A stretch of DNA of 64,000 bases from a virus (IMGVR_UViG_3300043772_001024:32001-96000), one strand, 5' to 3'; counted from the stretch's first letter, positions 40,427-50,548 are shown. Notes: generated by a model from the letters alone, not told the origin. Numbers and translations are program-made.

Positions 40427-40735
40427 TTAATGTTTTTTAGATGTTCTCAATCCTTTAGAAGAAGCTTGTCTTCTTAATGAATTTCCTTTTATTGTTGCTC
40501 CACCTTTTTTATACAATTTTGCAGCCTTTTCACGTCTTTCTTTTCTTCCTTCTGGTGTATTCTCATATTTAGCTTGACTGCCTATCTTTTCCAGTACATT
40601 TGCAGGCTTAGGTCTAATTCCAATTGTATCCCCTCTATTATTATCAGTATTGATTGATATTGATCTTTTACATTTACATGCAGTAGAATCCCATTTCTGC
40701 ATTGGTGGGCATTGTTTTGGTTTACAAGGTTCCAT
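40427..40735 (-). CDS. Small basic protein (102 aa)
   Basis: CPPMQKWDSTACKC hairpin and YKKGG. Confidence 0.6.
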   Translation of the reverse strand: MEPCKPKQCPPMQKWDSTACKCKRSISINTDNNRGDTIGIRPKPANVLEKIGSQAKYENTPEGRKERREKAAKLYKKGGATIKGNSLRRQASSKGLRTSKKH

Positions 40736-40752
40736 TTTAATTAATTTAATGA

Positions 40753-41091
40753 TTATACTTTTTTAACCCTTCTTCCCATACCTACTCTAGACTTCTCAGC
40801 TTTTTTAGCAGCTAGTTTAGAAGGAGTTAATTCATACTTTGTTTTAGGTGTATCTTTAGATACTTTTTTTGTAGGCCGGCAGTATTCATTTTTACCACCG
40901 GCACCACAAGGTTTTCCTGATTTAGTATCTTGCCATTTCTCTGCTTGCCATCTTTTGAGGTTTGAACCCTCTTTAGTTTTTCTCACAGTACCTGATCCTT
41001 TCCTACATTTAGCAATAGCTTGAGAAGCTCTTGCTGAAGGAAACACAGCATACTGTGCTTTTACTCTATGATAGCATGCATCTTTTGGCAT
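40753..41091 (-). CDS. Small basic Cys-containing phage protein (DUF5872-like)
   Basis: KDACYHRVK...PSARAS..KCRK and LKRWQAEKW..KPCG..YCRPTKKVSKDTPKT resemble a family found in aquatic viruses. Confidence 0.65.
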   Translation of the reverse strand: MPKDACYHRVKAQYAVFPSARASQAIAKCRKGSGTVRKTKEGSNLKRWQAEKWQDTKSGKPCGAGGKNEYCRPTKKVSKDTPKTKYELTPSKLAAKKAEKSRVGMGRRVKKV

Positions 41092-41094
41092 AAC

Positions 41095-41475
41095 TTATCC
41101 TCTTCCAGGTGTAGCTTTTTTAGGAGCTTTACTTCTTGGTTTAGAAGGTTTCTTAGCTGTGTTAGAAGCAGCAGCTTTAGGATTAACACCAGATTTAACA
41201 CCTTTGCTACCTGCAGATTTAGTTGCTACTAAATTAGCATTAGCATTCACCATACCACCTGTTTTCATTTTTTTAGAAATACCTTTACCATATAGTTTAT
41301 TAGATCCTGTAGGTGGAGTATCAGATTGAACTTTTTGTTCTTCTGGTGCAGATGAGGGTGTTGCCATAGTAGCTGGAGAATTACTTTTAGTTGTTGGTCC
41401 ACCTACTCCATATTTTTTAGTACCACCTTTTTTCATCATTGTTTTACCATACATAGCTTTAGATAACTTTTTCAT
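41095..41475 (-). CDS. Disordered Lys-rich protein (126 aa)
   Basis: MKKGG, YGVGG, MKTGG motifs; histone-H1-like tail. Confidence 0.6.
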   Translation of the reverse strand: MKKLSKAMYGKTMMKKGGTKKYGVGGPTTKSNSPATMATPSSAPEEQKVQSDTPPTGSNKLYGKGISKKMKTGGMVNANANLVATKSAGSKGVKSGVNPKAAASNTAKKPSKPRSKAPKKATPGRG

Positions 41476-41487
41476 TTTATTTTTATT

Positions 41488-42504
41488 TTATGAGTTCCAA
41501 TACTTTTCACAGGCAAGGTTAAGATCTTTCAAAAGGTCCTCATTTAAAGGGTTTTTCATGAACTCAACTACATCAGAAACATTTCTACCAAGTAAAGCAC
41601 TTGACTTAGCATGGTAAATATATCCATCTGCCTTATTTATAATATACTTAAAAAAAACGGAATCTCTAACAATTGATTTAATTTTTAGTGTTTCCATATC
41701 TAAAGTTGCAGTCTCCATGAAGGATTTTGCAGCTCTTTCTTTGTTGGTTTCTCCACCTTCACCATTGATATGTCTATCCATATTCTCATAGATAATGTCT
41801 AATGGTGTTGATCTCTTATATTGTGTACTGTTGATATCTACTACTTTTGCAATGTAGAATAGCTTAGTACTGTTTTTGTCAAATAATTTTTGTAGTTCAG
41901 ACAATGCTTTATTACGGAGTTTTTTGTACTCTGTTCTATACATTACAGTTTCTTCTTCTTTATCTAAGTAAAACTTAGGAGGAACTGCTTTGGATCTAGC
42001 ATCATCAAAACTTTTTGCTACAATAGAAAAACCACCTGCCTCAATAGCATGTAATTTAATTCTATCATAAGGATCTCTTGGGTCTAAGAATAAAGGATCA
42101 TTACTACAAGATATAGATATCTTGTTCCAGAACTCTGCATTATCTGGTTTAAGTAATTTTACTTTATTCCAAAACTGAGGATCATCAAGTTCAATAACAT
42201 TTGCAGCTAGTTCTTTTTCAAGTTCAACTATTGCAGATCTTATTTCTCTCACTCTAGCTTCTCTATCTTCTTGATTAAGTAATTTAATCTCTGGAGCAAA
42301 TTCATTTAGACCAGTGATGTATCTTACTACACCATTATTTTCTAAACAAGCAAGTTGCTCATTATGAGTTACTCCATCAAATAGAGAGATACCATATTCT
42401 TCTAATCCCATGTTAGAAGCTGAATTGTCAAAGAACGGGCGGACAGCAATTGTTGTTTGTTTAACTGTTCCTTTACCTGTTTCCACCATTGTGAAATTTT
42501 CCAT
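41488..42504 (-). CDS. Conserved crAss-like protein downstream of MCP (338 aa)
   Basis: Synteny; YITGLNEFAPE, FW..ISI..LFLDPRDP, C-terminal LGRNVSDVVEFMKNP. Confidence 0.65.
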   Translation of the reverse strand: MENFTMVETGKGTVKQTTIAVRPFFDNSASNMGLEEYGISLFDGVTHNEQLACLENNGVVRYITGLNEFAPEIKLLNQEDREARVREIRSAIVELEKELAANVIELDDPQFWNKVKLLKPDNAEFWNKISISCSNDPLFLDPRDPYDRIKLHAIEAGGFSIVAKSFDDARSKAVPPKFYLDKEEETVMYRTEYKKLRNKALSELQKLFDKNSTKLFYIAKVVDINSTQYKRSTPLDIIYENMDRHINGEGGETNKERAAKSFMETATLDMETLKIKSIVRDSVFFKYIINKADGYIYHAKSSALLGRNVSDVVEFMKNPLNEDLLKDLNLACEKYWNS

Positions 42505-42538
42505 GTTTGTTGGTTTTATATTGTTGGTTATTAAATCT

Positions 42539-42569
42539 TAAAAAAAAGGGAGGAGTTTCCCCCTCCCTT
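42539..42569 (-). terminator. Intrinsic terminator after MCP
   Basis: Minus strand AAGGGAGGGG-GAAA-CTCCTCCCTT with GNRA loop, followed by a T tract. Confidence 0.85.
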
Positions 42570-42585
42570 GTATATATAGAGTGGA

Positions 42586-44202
42586 TTAGAATGATCCACC
42601 TGTGATTGGGTTTCTCATGACTATCTTCAACACCTTGGTCGGATCCTTAACCCAGATAGCCGGCATTGTTTGGCTCATCATTACACGGTATCCATTGAAT
42701 TGTCCAGAAGACTGGAATCCTTGGCTACGTCCCATGTAATCCATAGTACCATTTTGATACCACCATTTCAATTGATTATCCCAAGACAATTTCAATAAGA
42801 AGATATTGTCATTAGTGTTATCAGTGATGTCAAAGATAATGAATGAATAAGAACTTAATGGGAAACCATCAATGATTGGGTTCTCAATGTCATTAGTATG
42901 AACATTGTCAAATGCTGGGTTCAATACAAACTTAACATTTGCCAAGAATGGAATTACATAAGAAGTGTAAGCAAATCCAAAGTTCAAGTCCATACCTTTA
43001 CCAGTGATTGCACCAATATCAGCAGCCTGAATTAATAAACCTGAAGATACTGCTTCACGTTTGATAGCTTCATTTACCATTCTCATTCCACCCATACCTG
43101 TTTGTACAACTAGTGAACGCTTAGGATCTGGACCTTGGAATTCAACTTTACCATTGAAGAAGTTGTAGATCTCTCCACGGAACAAATCAAGTGTAAAGTT
43201 ATTTTTGTTGTATACTCTTTTGAATGAGTTATCCAACTGTTTCCAAAGACCCACTGATAATCTTAGATCATCTGGACCATCTTGACGTACTCTACCTCCT
43301 TGTCCCCACATTAAGTAAGTCTCAATATCAGAAGCAATTTTAGTTAAGTGAGCAGCTTCCATTGTAGTTAAGAAAGTACGTGATAAGTCTCCGTTATCAA
43401 ATGCTTTTTTAACTTTGTCTTTACCCATAACTTTAACCATATCTTCTAAAGATGTGATTGATGGATCTACAGATTTGTCAAATGTTCTCCAGATCTCAGT
43501 TACAGGAACTGTACCATCTGCATTCATACCACCTTTGATCATCAAGTCAGCACGGCTAGAGATAGAATAATGTACGTGAGCTTCAGCACCACCAACAAAG
43601 TTATAGAATTCACGGAATCCTGTTCTTGTTGTGATGTCAGAGAATCTCTCACCATACTCACCTCTTGCAGAACCTTTACGGAAAACTTTAGTACCATTAG
43701 CTAAGTACTTGTTATCCAAATATTTGAAGTTGTCATTGTTTACTAACTGTACAGTATAGATATAAGCATCTCCTAAAGGAAGGATGTCTTCTGCAGTTAT
43801 GTACATCTCAACACCATTGTATTTGTCATAAGTGATGATATCACCATGTCCAAACTCACGTCTGCTAAGTTTGATACGGAAGGTTGAGCCTTCAATACCT
43901 TTAAAGTTGTTTTCTGGTTCAATATCCTCAAGGATGTAAGGTAAGTCTACAGACACAGGAGTCTGCCACTTATACTCACCACGAGCATTATCAACCATAA
44001 TTACATTTTTACCACCAAAGCTAGACATTTGGTAAAGAGGCATTTCTACCTTCTGAGCCATAGCCCAAAGGTCCACTGGACCTAAATCCATTGGTTCTGC
44101 ATCCTTTAACATGTTAACCAAGTGATAAGAGTCTACATGTGACGTAGCATTGTACGCGGTATCCCGTAGAAATATACCATTGTTTAAAACTGGAGTTGCC
44201 AT
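42586..44202 (-). CDS. Major capsid protein (crAss-like, HK97 fold)
   Basis: 538 aa; order TerL-portal-scaffold-MCP; EYKWQ, ETYLMWG, SVGLWKQL, VVQTGMGG motifs; high-expression codon bias; strong terminator. Confidence 0.9.
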   Translation of the reverse strand: MATPVLNNGIFLRDTAYNATSHVDSYHLVNMLKDAEPMDLGPVDLWAMAQKVEMPLYQMSSFGGKNVIMVDNARGEYKWQTPVSVDLPYILEDIEPENNFKGIEGSTFRIKLSRREFGHGDIITYDKYNGVEMYITAEDILPLGDAYIYTVQLVNNDNFKYLDNKYLANGTKVFRKGSARGEYGERFSDITTRTGFREFYNFVGGAEAHVHYSISSRADLMIKGGMNADGTVPVTEIWRTFDKSVDPSITSLEDMVKVMGKDKVKKAFDNGDLSRTFLTTMEAAHLTKIASDIETYLMWGQGGRVRQDGPDDLRLSVGLWKQLDNSFKRVYNKNNFTLDLFRGEIYNFFNGKVEFQGPDPKRSLVVQTGMGGMRMVNEAIKREAVSSGLLIQAADIGAITGKGMDLNFGFAYTSYVIPFLANVKFVLNPAFDNVHTNDIENPIIDGFPLSSYSFIIFDITDNTNDNIFLLKLSWDNQLKWWYQNGTMDYMGRSQGFQSSGQFNGYRVMMSQTMPAIWVKDPTKVLKIVMRNPITGGSF

Positions 44203-44227
44203 TTTATATTTGTTTATTTGTTACTAA

Positions 44228-45490
44228 TTAAAATCTCTTAAACATGTTTGCTCTTGAGATGGTTTTTTGTGGAGCCCTAGTAGTTGTATTTCTTCTCTCA
44301 GGTTCTTCATACTGAGTAGATGCTGTACTTCTTCTAGCCTCTTCTGTTTTCAATTGTCTTACTACTTTTTCTGTAGCTTGTCTTCCACCTTGATCTCTTA
44401 CTCTATTTTTGTATCCATTAGGATCAGCAAGTAACCATAGTGCTTCAGCAATAAGATCATGTCTTGGTTCTACAAACTGATACTTCTCAAGTAAGTGTCC
44501 AAGTAAATTTGTAGGTTTACCAGAAATTGAAGGGTAATTAGGTTGTACTAATCCTGAATAAAGTAACCCTTGAGTTTTTTTATCAAGTTTAATTCCACCT
44601 AGATCACCTCCAGCAAGAGTGCTGTATACATTATCTGTATAAGCTTTTGCTGCAGCTTGCTGTTGATCTTTTTTCTCTTCTTGCTCTGCTAGTTGTCTTG
44701 CAATAATTTCTTCTTGCATTCTATCTAACTTAGGTTTGAACTGGTTAGCTTTTTGCTCAAGCTTATCCATGTCTTGCCAATCTTGGATTTCTGATTCTAT
44801 TTCTTCAGCTGTTCCAAAGTTTGTAGCATAAAGATATTGTCTTGCAATCTCAGCTTGATCATATTCATCAGATGGATCAAGTTGTCTCATTTCCTCTACA
44901 TGTGCCAAGGTTCTAAATAAACCTTTAAGATCTTGACCACCATCAGCTACATATTTAGCTGCATACTGTAGTTCTTCAGGAAGTGAATTGAAAAATTCTT
45001 TAGGTACATTATTTCTTACTTTGTCTTCTCTTTCTTGGAAGTTAGCTTCAAATAACTCTCTAAAGTCTTTAGTGGTATATTCTTCTAATGGTTTGTCATC
45101 ATCAAAACCAATAAGAGTACCTTCTTCAATCATTTTAGCTGCAAGTTCAGCAAGACCAGATTTATCAACCTTTGGTCTTCCTTTATTACCAGCCTCTTCT
45201 TCTTGTGCAATTAGACCATCAAGCTCAGCAATGGTTTCATCAACTTCTGCTTTCTTTTCAGCTGCTTCCTCTTTTTCTTTTGGAGAAGCAGGTGAGTTGT
45301 CAAGGAACGTGGTGTCTACATTTTCTTTTGAAAATAAAGACTTTGGTTTATCATCTTCTTTACCATCTTCAGGAAGCATTACACTTTCTGCTCCAGGTAT
45401 TCCAAAGATCTCATCAATATTTACATCTACTTGACCTACCGTTGTAGTGTCTAATGTCTGGGTTTCCCCAGTTTGGTTTGTGTTTTCCAT
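44228..45490 (-). CDS. Putative scaffolding/prohead assembly protein (420 aa)
   Basis: Acidic disordered N-terminus, coiled coils, basic C-tail; between portal and MCP. Confidence 0.65.
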   Translation of the reverse strand: MENTNQTGETQTLDTTTVGQVDVNIDEIFGIPGAESVMLPEDGKEDDKPKSLFSKENVDTTFLDNSPASPKEKEEAAEKKAEVDETIAELDGLIAQEEEAGNKGRPKVDKSGLAELAAKMIEEGTLIGFDDDKPLEEYTTKDFRELFEANFQEREDKVRNNVPKEFFNSLPEELQYAAKYVADGGQDLKGLFRTLAHVEEMRQLDPSDEYDQAEIARQYLYATNFGTAEEIESEIQDWQDMDKLEQKANQFKPKLDRMQEEIIARQLAEQEEKKDQQQAAAKAYTDNVYSTLAGGDLGGIKLDKKTQGLLYSGLVQPNYPSISGKPTNLLGHLLEKYQFVEPRHDLIAEALWLLADPNGYKNRVRDQGGRQATEKVVRQLKTEEARRSTASTQYEEPERRNTTTRAPQKTISRANMFKRF

Positions 45491-45515
45491 AAGTGTTGGT
45501 TTTTTATGTTATACT

Positions 45516-45548
45516 TCAATATACAAAATAAACTTGATAAATTTAAAA
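45516..45548 (-). promoter_or_regulatory. Putative late promoter (TTTTGTATATTGA) for scaffold-MCP
   Basis: Recurrent motif in the portal/scaffold intergenic space. Confidence 0.55.
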
Positions 45549-45582
45549 CAGAAGAAAAGTTTTTCTGCACTATATGGCTATA

Positions 45583-48333
45583 CTACTTTTTATTTTTCAC
45601 TGAACCACCTTTATCATATTTGTTTTTATTCACTCTTGCTACTTGAAGTTGTTTATCAGCTATCTCTCTTTGAACTTGTAGCTTCTCTCTTTCAATAGCA
45701 TTCTTATCTCTATCTAACATAGTTCTGGTAGCTTCTTTATCTCTTTGCAATTGATTTTGCATTTGATATTGCTCACTTTGTCTTATATCTTTTAAAGCAT
45801 CTTGGTAATCAGATATCTGATTCTGATTAATATCAGCCATAGATCCATAACCAGCAGCTCTAATTTCAGCAATAAGTATTTCAGTTTGTCTATCTTTCTC
45901 TTTCTCAGCAGCAGTAGCATCAATCTTCATCTTCTCAATCTCTTGTTGTTTCTGAAGTTGTTGTTCTTGCATTTGCTGTTGTTGTTGCATTTCTTCTTGT
46001 TTTTGCTGCTGTTGTTTTTGCTCAGAAGATTTAAGAGCACTGTTAAGTTCAGCAATAGAATCAGATTGAACAATTTTACCAAGATCATAGATAGAAGCTC
46101 CTGTAGTATTATTCTGCATAGCCATTTGTTTTAACTGTTCTAAAACAGCTCTGTGGTTTGCGGTTGTACTACAGAATATATTAAGATCTCTCATCAATAA
46201 GTCAGTACCATTTATTTCAAAGTTTACTTTCTCATCTGCTGTAGTAATATAACTTAATCTGCTTGATGGTTTTGTAGAGTGATAATACTGCGCTAAGTCA
46301 GTTCTCATCTGGTGAACTCTTGGCATTAAGTAATCACAGTGCTGAACAAAGAACATTTCTGTTTGAGCATATGAAGAAGCAGCAGCTTGTTCTACTCCGG
46401 TAGCAGTCATTTGAGCTATTTGTTGTCCCATCCTTTGTGGAGTTACACCTATTACTTCATAAGCTTGTTGCTTGAAGTGATTAGCTAACTGTATCCTTGA
46501 CATTAATCTCTCTGTCTGAGATAGATCTAGTTTTTGGAAATGCTGGAAGTTTAATGCATTCTCTGTATTTGTGATAGATGTATCTAGAGGTAGCATCTGG
46601 AAGTTCTTCATTGCTACATATGCTTTAGCATAATTACCTTTCCCCCAGTCTTCTCCTAATGAGTGTCTTGGTAAAGTATTCTGGTCAAGCATGATAATAG
46701 TTCCTAGTTCATCTACTAATATATCTGCAATCTGATTGTTAACTATATTATATCCAATCTGGTATGGTTTCATTAAGTCAATAAGTGCAGTAGACTTAGT
46801 ATTTCTATCTGAGAATACAGATCCTTCTACTGGAAGTTTACATCCATACAAGCTATTATCACCTTTAAACTGAAATCTTAGTGGTCCTATCTTAGGTTTA
46901 TCAACTCCAATATACATAGGAGTAAATCCTCCCGGATTATTCATACCCCAGAAAGAAGGTATGTTTGGCCCTATCTTTATACCACCCCATACTTCATTGA
47001 TCCATATCCAGTCAATATGTTCACCGTAAACTAAGTTATCTTTAGTTTTGTTTTTCATCAATCTGGTATCATAAATTGGTTTAGTAGATATTGTGTAATC
47101 TTCATCTACTATATCCATCTCTACTTTACCATTATCATCTATACTTATTAGATGCCCTATTTTTCTCTGAGACTTCCAATATATAGTTGATACCCTTAAT
47201 AAGTATGCTGTACCTTGATCATAGTAATCCTCACCTTCAGATAGTATTTGAGTAATGATATCCCCGCCTTCTAATACAGTACCACCCATTGCAGTTGTAT
47301 ACTGTCTATATGCTAATGAGGGCATATTAGTATTCCAATCATGTGATTTGGTACCGTCATAAAAACTACCATCATTTTGAAGACCACCAATTGTGTATCC
47401 GGCAGATCTGATTGGGTATACTGCTTCTAAAGCTCTTAATTGTTCTTCATCCATCAGATATCCATATCTATCAATAACATCAGCAGGAGTCATCATATCT
47501 GTCTTACCGGCCCAGTTAGCTTGAGATATATATCTAGCATCTGGAGATTTATGATAAAATGAAATAGCTGGATTCCATAACTCTACTTCATAATCATCTT
47601 CCATCATGCGGAAATGCCAGAACTCTCTATCTGTAATTAACATGTCACGGAAGCCTCTTTCTTCAAGTTCATCCATTCTGAATCTTTCTACATCCACTTT
47701 ATGTTGATGTGTAGCCCACTCTTCTACCATTGACCTGTAATCTTTTCTAAAGTACATTTCAATTTCAGGAAGGGATTTTAATTTCTCTGGTGATGTCTCT
47801 TGTTGGAATTCTTCTGAATCAGGCTGAAGTCCTTTATCCATAAGTGCAGAAGATACTTTAAGTCTTGCATCTTGTAATAGAACATCTTCAACCATTTGTC
47901 TTTTCTGCTCTATCATCTCATTGTATGAATGTTCATCAACAGCTCTATAAGTCAGCTTAGTTGATCTTTTAGCAAATTCAGCCACCAGAACATTAATAAC
48001 ATTTGGTATAATTGGATAGAACTTTAACTCTAATGCAGAAACATCTTCTTTAGTTAAAAGATCCACAATGTCTCTGTAATCATTATTTTCTTCTACTATG
48101 TAGTCTGACTTATCTATAATACCTTTTGCAAGTTTATAGTTCTTCATCAGTCTTCTAGCATTTCTCCGGATTTGTTTTAAGCCTTGCCACTCCAACCAGT
48201 CTAAATTCCATGCTGCCCACTTCTCATCCTTTTCTTTTTTTGTAATAAACTGTAATGGTTGGGTGATACTACCCATTCTATTATTTTCAGTTGTGGCTCC
48301 TCCTTTTGCTTGTAAAGCATTTATTATCTTCAT
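45583..48333 (-). CDS. Portal protein
   Basis: 916 aa after TerL; YPIIPNVINVLVAE, WINEVWGG, SLIDLMKPYQ-like and GVTPQRMGQ motifs; C-terminal Q-rich coiled barrel. Confidence 0.9.
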   Translation of the reverse strand: MKIINALQAKGGATTENNRMGSITQPLQFITKKEKDEKWAAWNLDWLEWQGLKQIRRNARRLMKNYKLAKGIIDKSDYIVEENNDYRDIVDLLTKEDVSALELKFYPIIPNVINVLVAEFAKRSTKLTYRAVDEHSYNEMIEQKRQMVEDVLLQDARLKVSSALMDKGLQPDSEEFQQETSPEKLKSLPEIEMYFRKDYRSMVEEWATHQHKVDVERFRMDELEERGFRDMLITDREFWHFRMMEDDYEVELWNPAISFYHKSPDARYISQANWAGKTDMMTPADVIDRYGYLMDEEQLRALEAVYPIRSAGYTIGGLQNDGSFYDGTKSHDWNTNMPSLAYRQYTTAMGGTVLEGGDIITQILSEGEDYYDQGTAYLLRVSTIYWKSQRKIGHLISIDDNGKVEMDIVDEDYTISTKPIYDTRLMKNKTKDNLVYGEHIDWIWINEVWGGIKIGPNIPSFWGMNNPGGFTPMYIGVDKPKIGPLRFQFKGDNSLYGCKLPVEGSVFSDRNTKSTALIDLMKPYQIGYNIVNNQIADILVDELGTIIMLDQNTLPRHSLGEDWGKGNYAKAYVAMKNFQMLPLDTSITNTENALNFQHFQKLDLSQTERLMSRIQLANHFKQQAYEVIGVTPQRMGQQIAQMTATGVEQAAASSYAQTEMFFVQHCDYLMPRVHQMRTDLAQYYHSTKPSSRLSYITTADEKVNFEINGTDLLMRDLNIFCSTTANHRAVLEQLKQMAMQNNTTGASIYDLGKIVQSDSIAELNSALKSSEQKQQQQKQEEMQQQQQMQEQQLQKQQEIEKMKIDATAAEKEKDRQTEILIAEIRAAGYGSMADINQNQISDYQDALKDIRQSEQYQMQNQLQRDKEATRTMLDRDKNAIEREKLQVQREIADKQLQVARVNKNKYDKGGSVKNKK

Positions 48334-48338
48334 AGTAC

Positions 48339-50546
48339 CTATTTAATGTTTTTAAATGGAGATCTTGTTATTCCTTTTGCTAATGAATTACCAGAACCTC
48401 CCATATGTCTAAATGGACTTCTATTTAATTTAAACAAATTTTCTGACTTTTGCAAGTTTTTGGCCATATCATCCATGATTGTTCTTGTTGCAAACCCTCT
48501 ATTTGATTCTTGAATTCTCATGAATGCAACCAGAGCAGCAAAAGAAACTAGTCTATCCACATTGACTCCATCTGCATATTCTCTCATTTCTTTAATTAGC
48601 ATGGGGTCAGGAATCCTTTCTATACCATATTTTGTTCTAACAATAGTACCATCAGGTTTTGTTTCCACATCTATTTCTTCCTTACAATATTCTATGGCAT
48701 AACTAAGAAGATGGGCCTTGAAAAGAGTACCTGTATTTTTCCAACCATACTCCTGAAATACATTGGCATTAGAACCAAGGTCTTTTAGAAACATGATCTG
48801 ACCTTTAGGTACTAGATACTTTTGTTTTTTTCTAGATATCATATACTGGATAAACAAAGATATGTTATTCTCTATAAGTGTCCAGGCATTGTACCACTCT
48901 ATAATTAGTTCTAGTTTCTGGTGGGTTTTGTTTATGTCATCAAATCTGCCACACCATGCAGCTACTATTTTACCTTGTTCTATATATGTCTCTGTTTCAA
49001 CACCAGTAACTTTAGTTACTTGAAGTGGAGCTTTCATTACATATATGGAACATAGTGATTCTGAGGTAGTTGTCTTTCCTTCAGATACAGGGTCAATAGA
49101 TGCATAATATGTTTGACCAAACTGTGCATCTTTGATGGGTCTTTCCCACACTACTAATACACCTGTTTTATCTTCAGTTTTTTTAGATATAGGAAACTCA
49201 GATATAGGTCTTTTGTTTGTAGGCATTACAGCCGGTTTACCATTCTCATCCGTGCTTATGTCTAAGAACTCATAACCATATGTCTTTTCCTCTATTCTTC
49301 TTTCTTGTGCTGCAAGTAAATGTGTTGGGAATACAGATACAGTTCTATGGTCAAATGCTTCTTTTATATTCCTTGGATGCTGAGATATCCTAAGCTGATA
49401 ATCTTCAGCACTTAGTTCTTTCTTCCATTTCTCAAATTGTTCATCCAATGCTTTTAATGCAGCTTCTACAAGTGAATTACCATATTCATCTATATGTGGT
49501 GGCATAGACCATTGTTCAGGAATAAATAAACCTGACATACCTATAGTACCTTTATCATCTATCAGATTTGTTTCTACAGCATATATATCTTTAGATAAAG
49601 GATTAAGAATCATATCTCTCAATGGATTACACTGAGACAAATCACCCACAGATCCAGCAGCTATAAACATTCCTGTAGTCATAAGACCAGATCTCATGGC
49701 TGGGCGCATGTACTCATATGTCTGATCCATCTTAGGAGCAATTCCAGCCTCCTCATGAAAGAAGTATTTAACTGGACCCCCTACACCATTTGTTGGATCT
49801 TTCTCAAATGACATACCTTGTATAGTACCTTTAAGACCCACTTCTGTATTTCTATCTCCTCTTCTTACTTGGATCTTTTGTTGCCACATCATCACTTTAT
49901 CTGGTGACATAGGTCTATACCATGCAGTATGCTCATTTAAGAATGCTGCATATTCCTGTAAGAATTTCCAGGATCCTTTCTCATTGATGTAGTCTTTAAG
50001 ACTAGCTCCCATCTTAAGAGTAACCCCGGCTTCAAACCATTGCTGGTTTATAAACTTACCCATATGATAATAAGAAGAAGCTATCTGCCGTTTCTTTAGT
50101 ATAGCTGAGTGTTTATAGTTTAGTTCTGCTAACAACTCATATAAGGCCATATGATACTGAGCATCCCTAATTTTAGCAAAGCCAAACTGCTGAATCTCTT
50201 TATCAAAGATAGGTAAGAAGTTTAGCCACATGTAGTATTCTCTTGCAAGAAACCATGTGTTATCTCCATCTTTTACTATAATACCTTTACGGCATTTTGT
50301 TTTTTGATCATCCCAGTAGCTTATAAAGTCTTTGGATTTAAATGGAGCTGTAGTGTATACTCCATCTTTTTTAAATTTGACTGACTCAGATATGAAAACT
50401 CTATTGGTAGTTTCATTGAAGTTGTACTTACCTGGTTCCTTAAATAGTTCAAAGATAAAGTTACTGAACTCTTCTCTGGAGTCAAAACTTGTTGTTGTCC
50501 AGTTTCCATTGTCATAGGTTGGTATGTCTTGATAAATTTCACTCAT
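48339..50546 (-). CDS. terL: Terminase large subunit
   Basis: LKKRQIASSY Walker-A-like, FFHEEAG Walker B, nuclease YASIDPV and VDRLV, LIENN; no intein. Confidence 0.92.
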   Translation of the reverse strand: MSEIYQDIPTYDNGNWTTTSFDSREEFSNFIFELFKEPGKYNFNETTNRVFISESVKFKKDGVYTTAPFKSKDFISYWDDQKTKCRKGIIVKDGDNTWFLAREYYMWLNFLPIFDKEIQQFGFAKIRDAQYHMALYELLAELNYKHSAILKKRQIASSYYHMGKFINQQWFEAGVTLKMGASLKDYINEKGSWKFLQEYAAFLNEHTAWYRPMSPDKVMMWQQKIQVRRGDRNTEVGLKGTIQGMSFEKDPTNGVGGPVKYFFHEEAGIAPKMDQTYEYMRPAMRSGLMTTGMFIAAGSVGDLSQCNPLRDMILNPLSKDIYAVETNLIDDKGTIGMSGLFIPEQWSMPPHIDEYGNSLVEAALKALDEQFEKWKKELSAEDYQLRISQHPRNIKEAFDHRTVSVFPTHLLAAQERRIEEKTYGYEFLDISTDENGKPAVMPTNKRPISEFPISKKTEDKTGVLVVWERPIKDAQFGQTYYASIDPVSEGKTTTSESLCSIYVMKAPLQVTKVTGVETETYIEQGKIVAAWCGRFDDINKTHQKLELIIEWYNAWTLIENNISLFIQYMISRKKQKYLVPKGQIMFLKDLGSNANVFQEYGWKNTGTLFKAHLLSYAIEYCKEEIDVETKPDGTIVRTKYGIERIPDPMLIKEMREYADGVNVDRLVSFAALVAFMRIQESNRGFATRTIMDDMAKNLQKSENLFKLNRSPFRHMGGSGNSLAKGITRSPFKNIK

Positions 50547-50548
50547 AA

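Noticed and set aside
42586-50546. Introns or inteins in TerL, portal or MCP
   Set aside because: ORFs are continuous and of ordinary length, with no splice-junction or homing endonuclease motifs noticed
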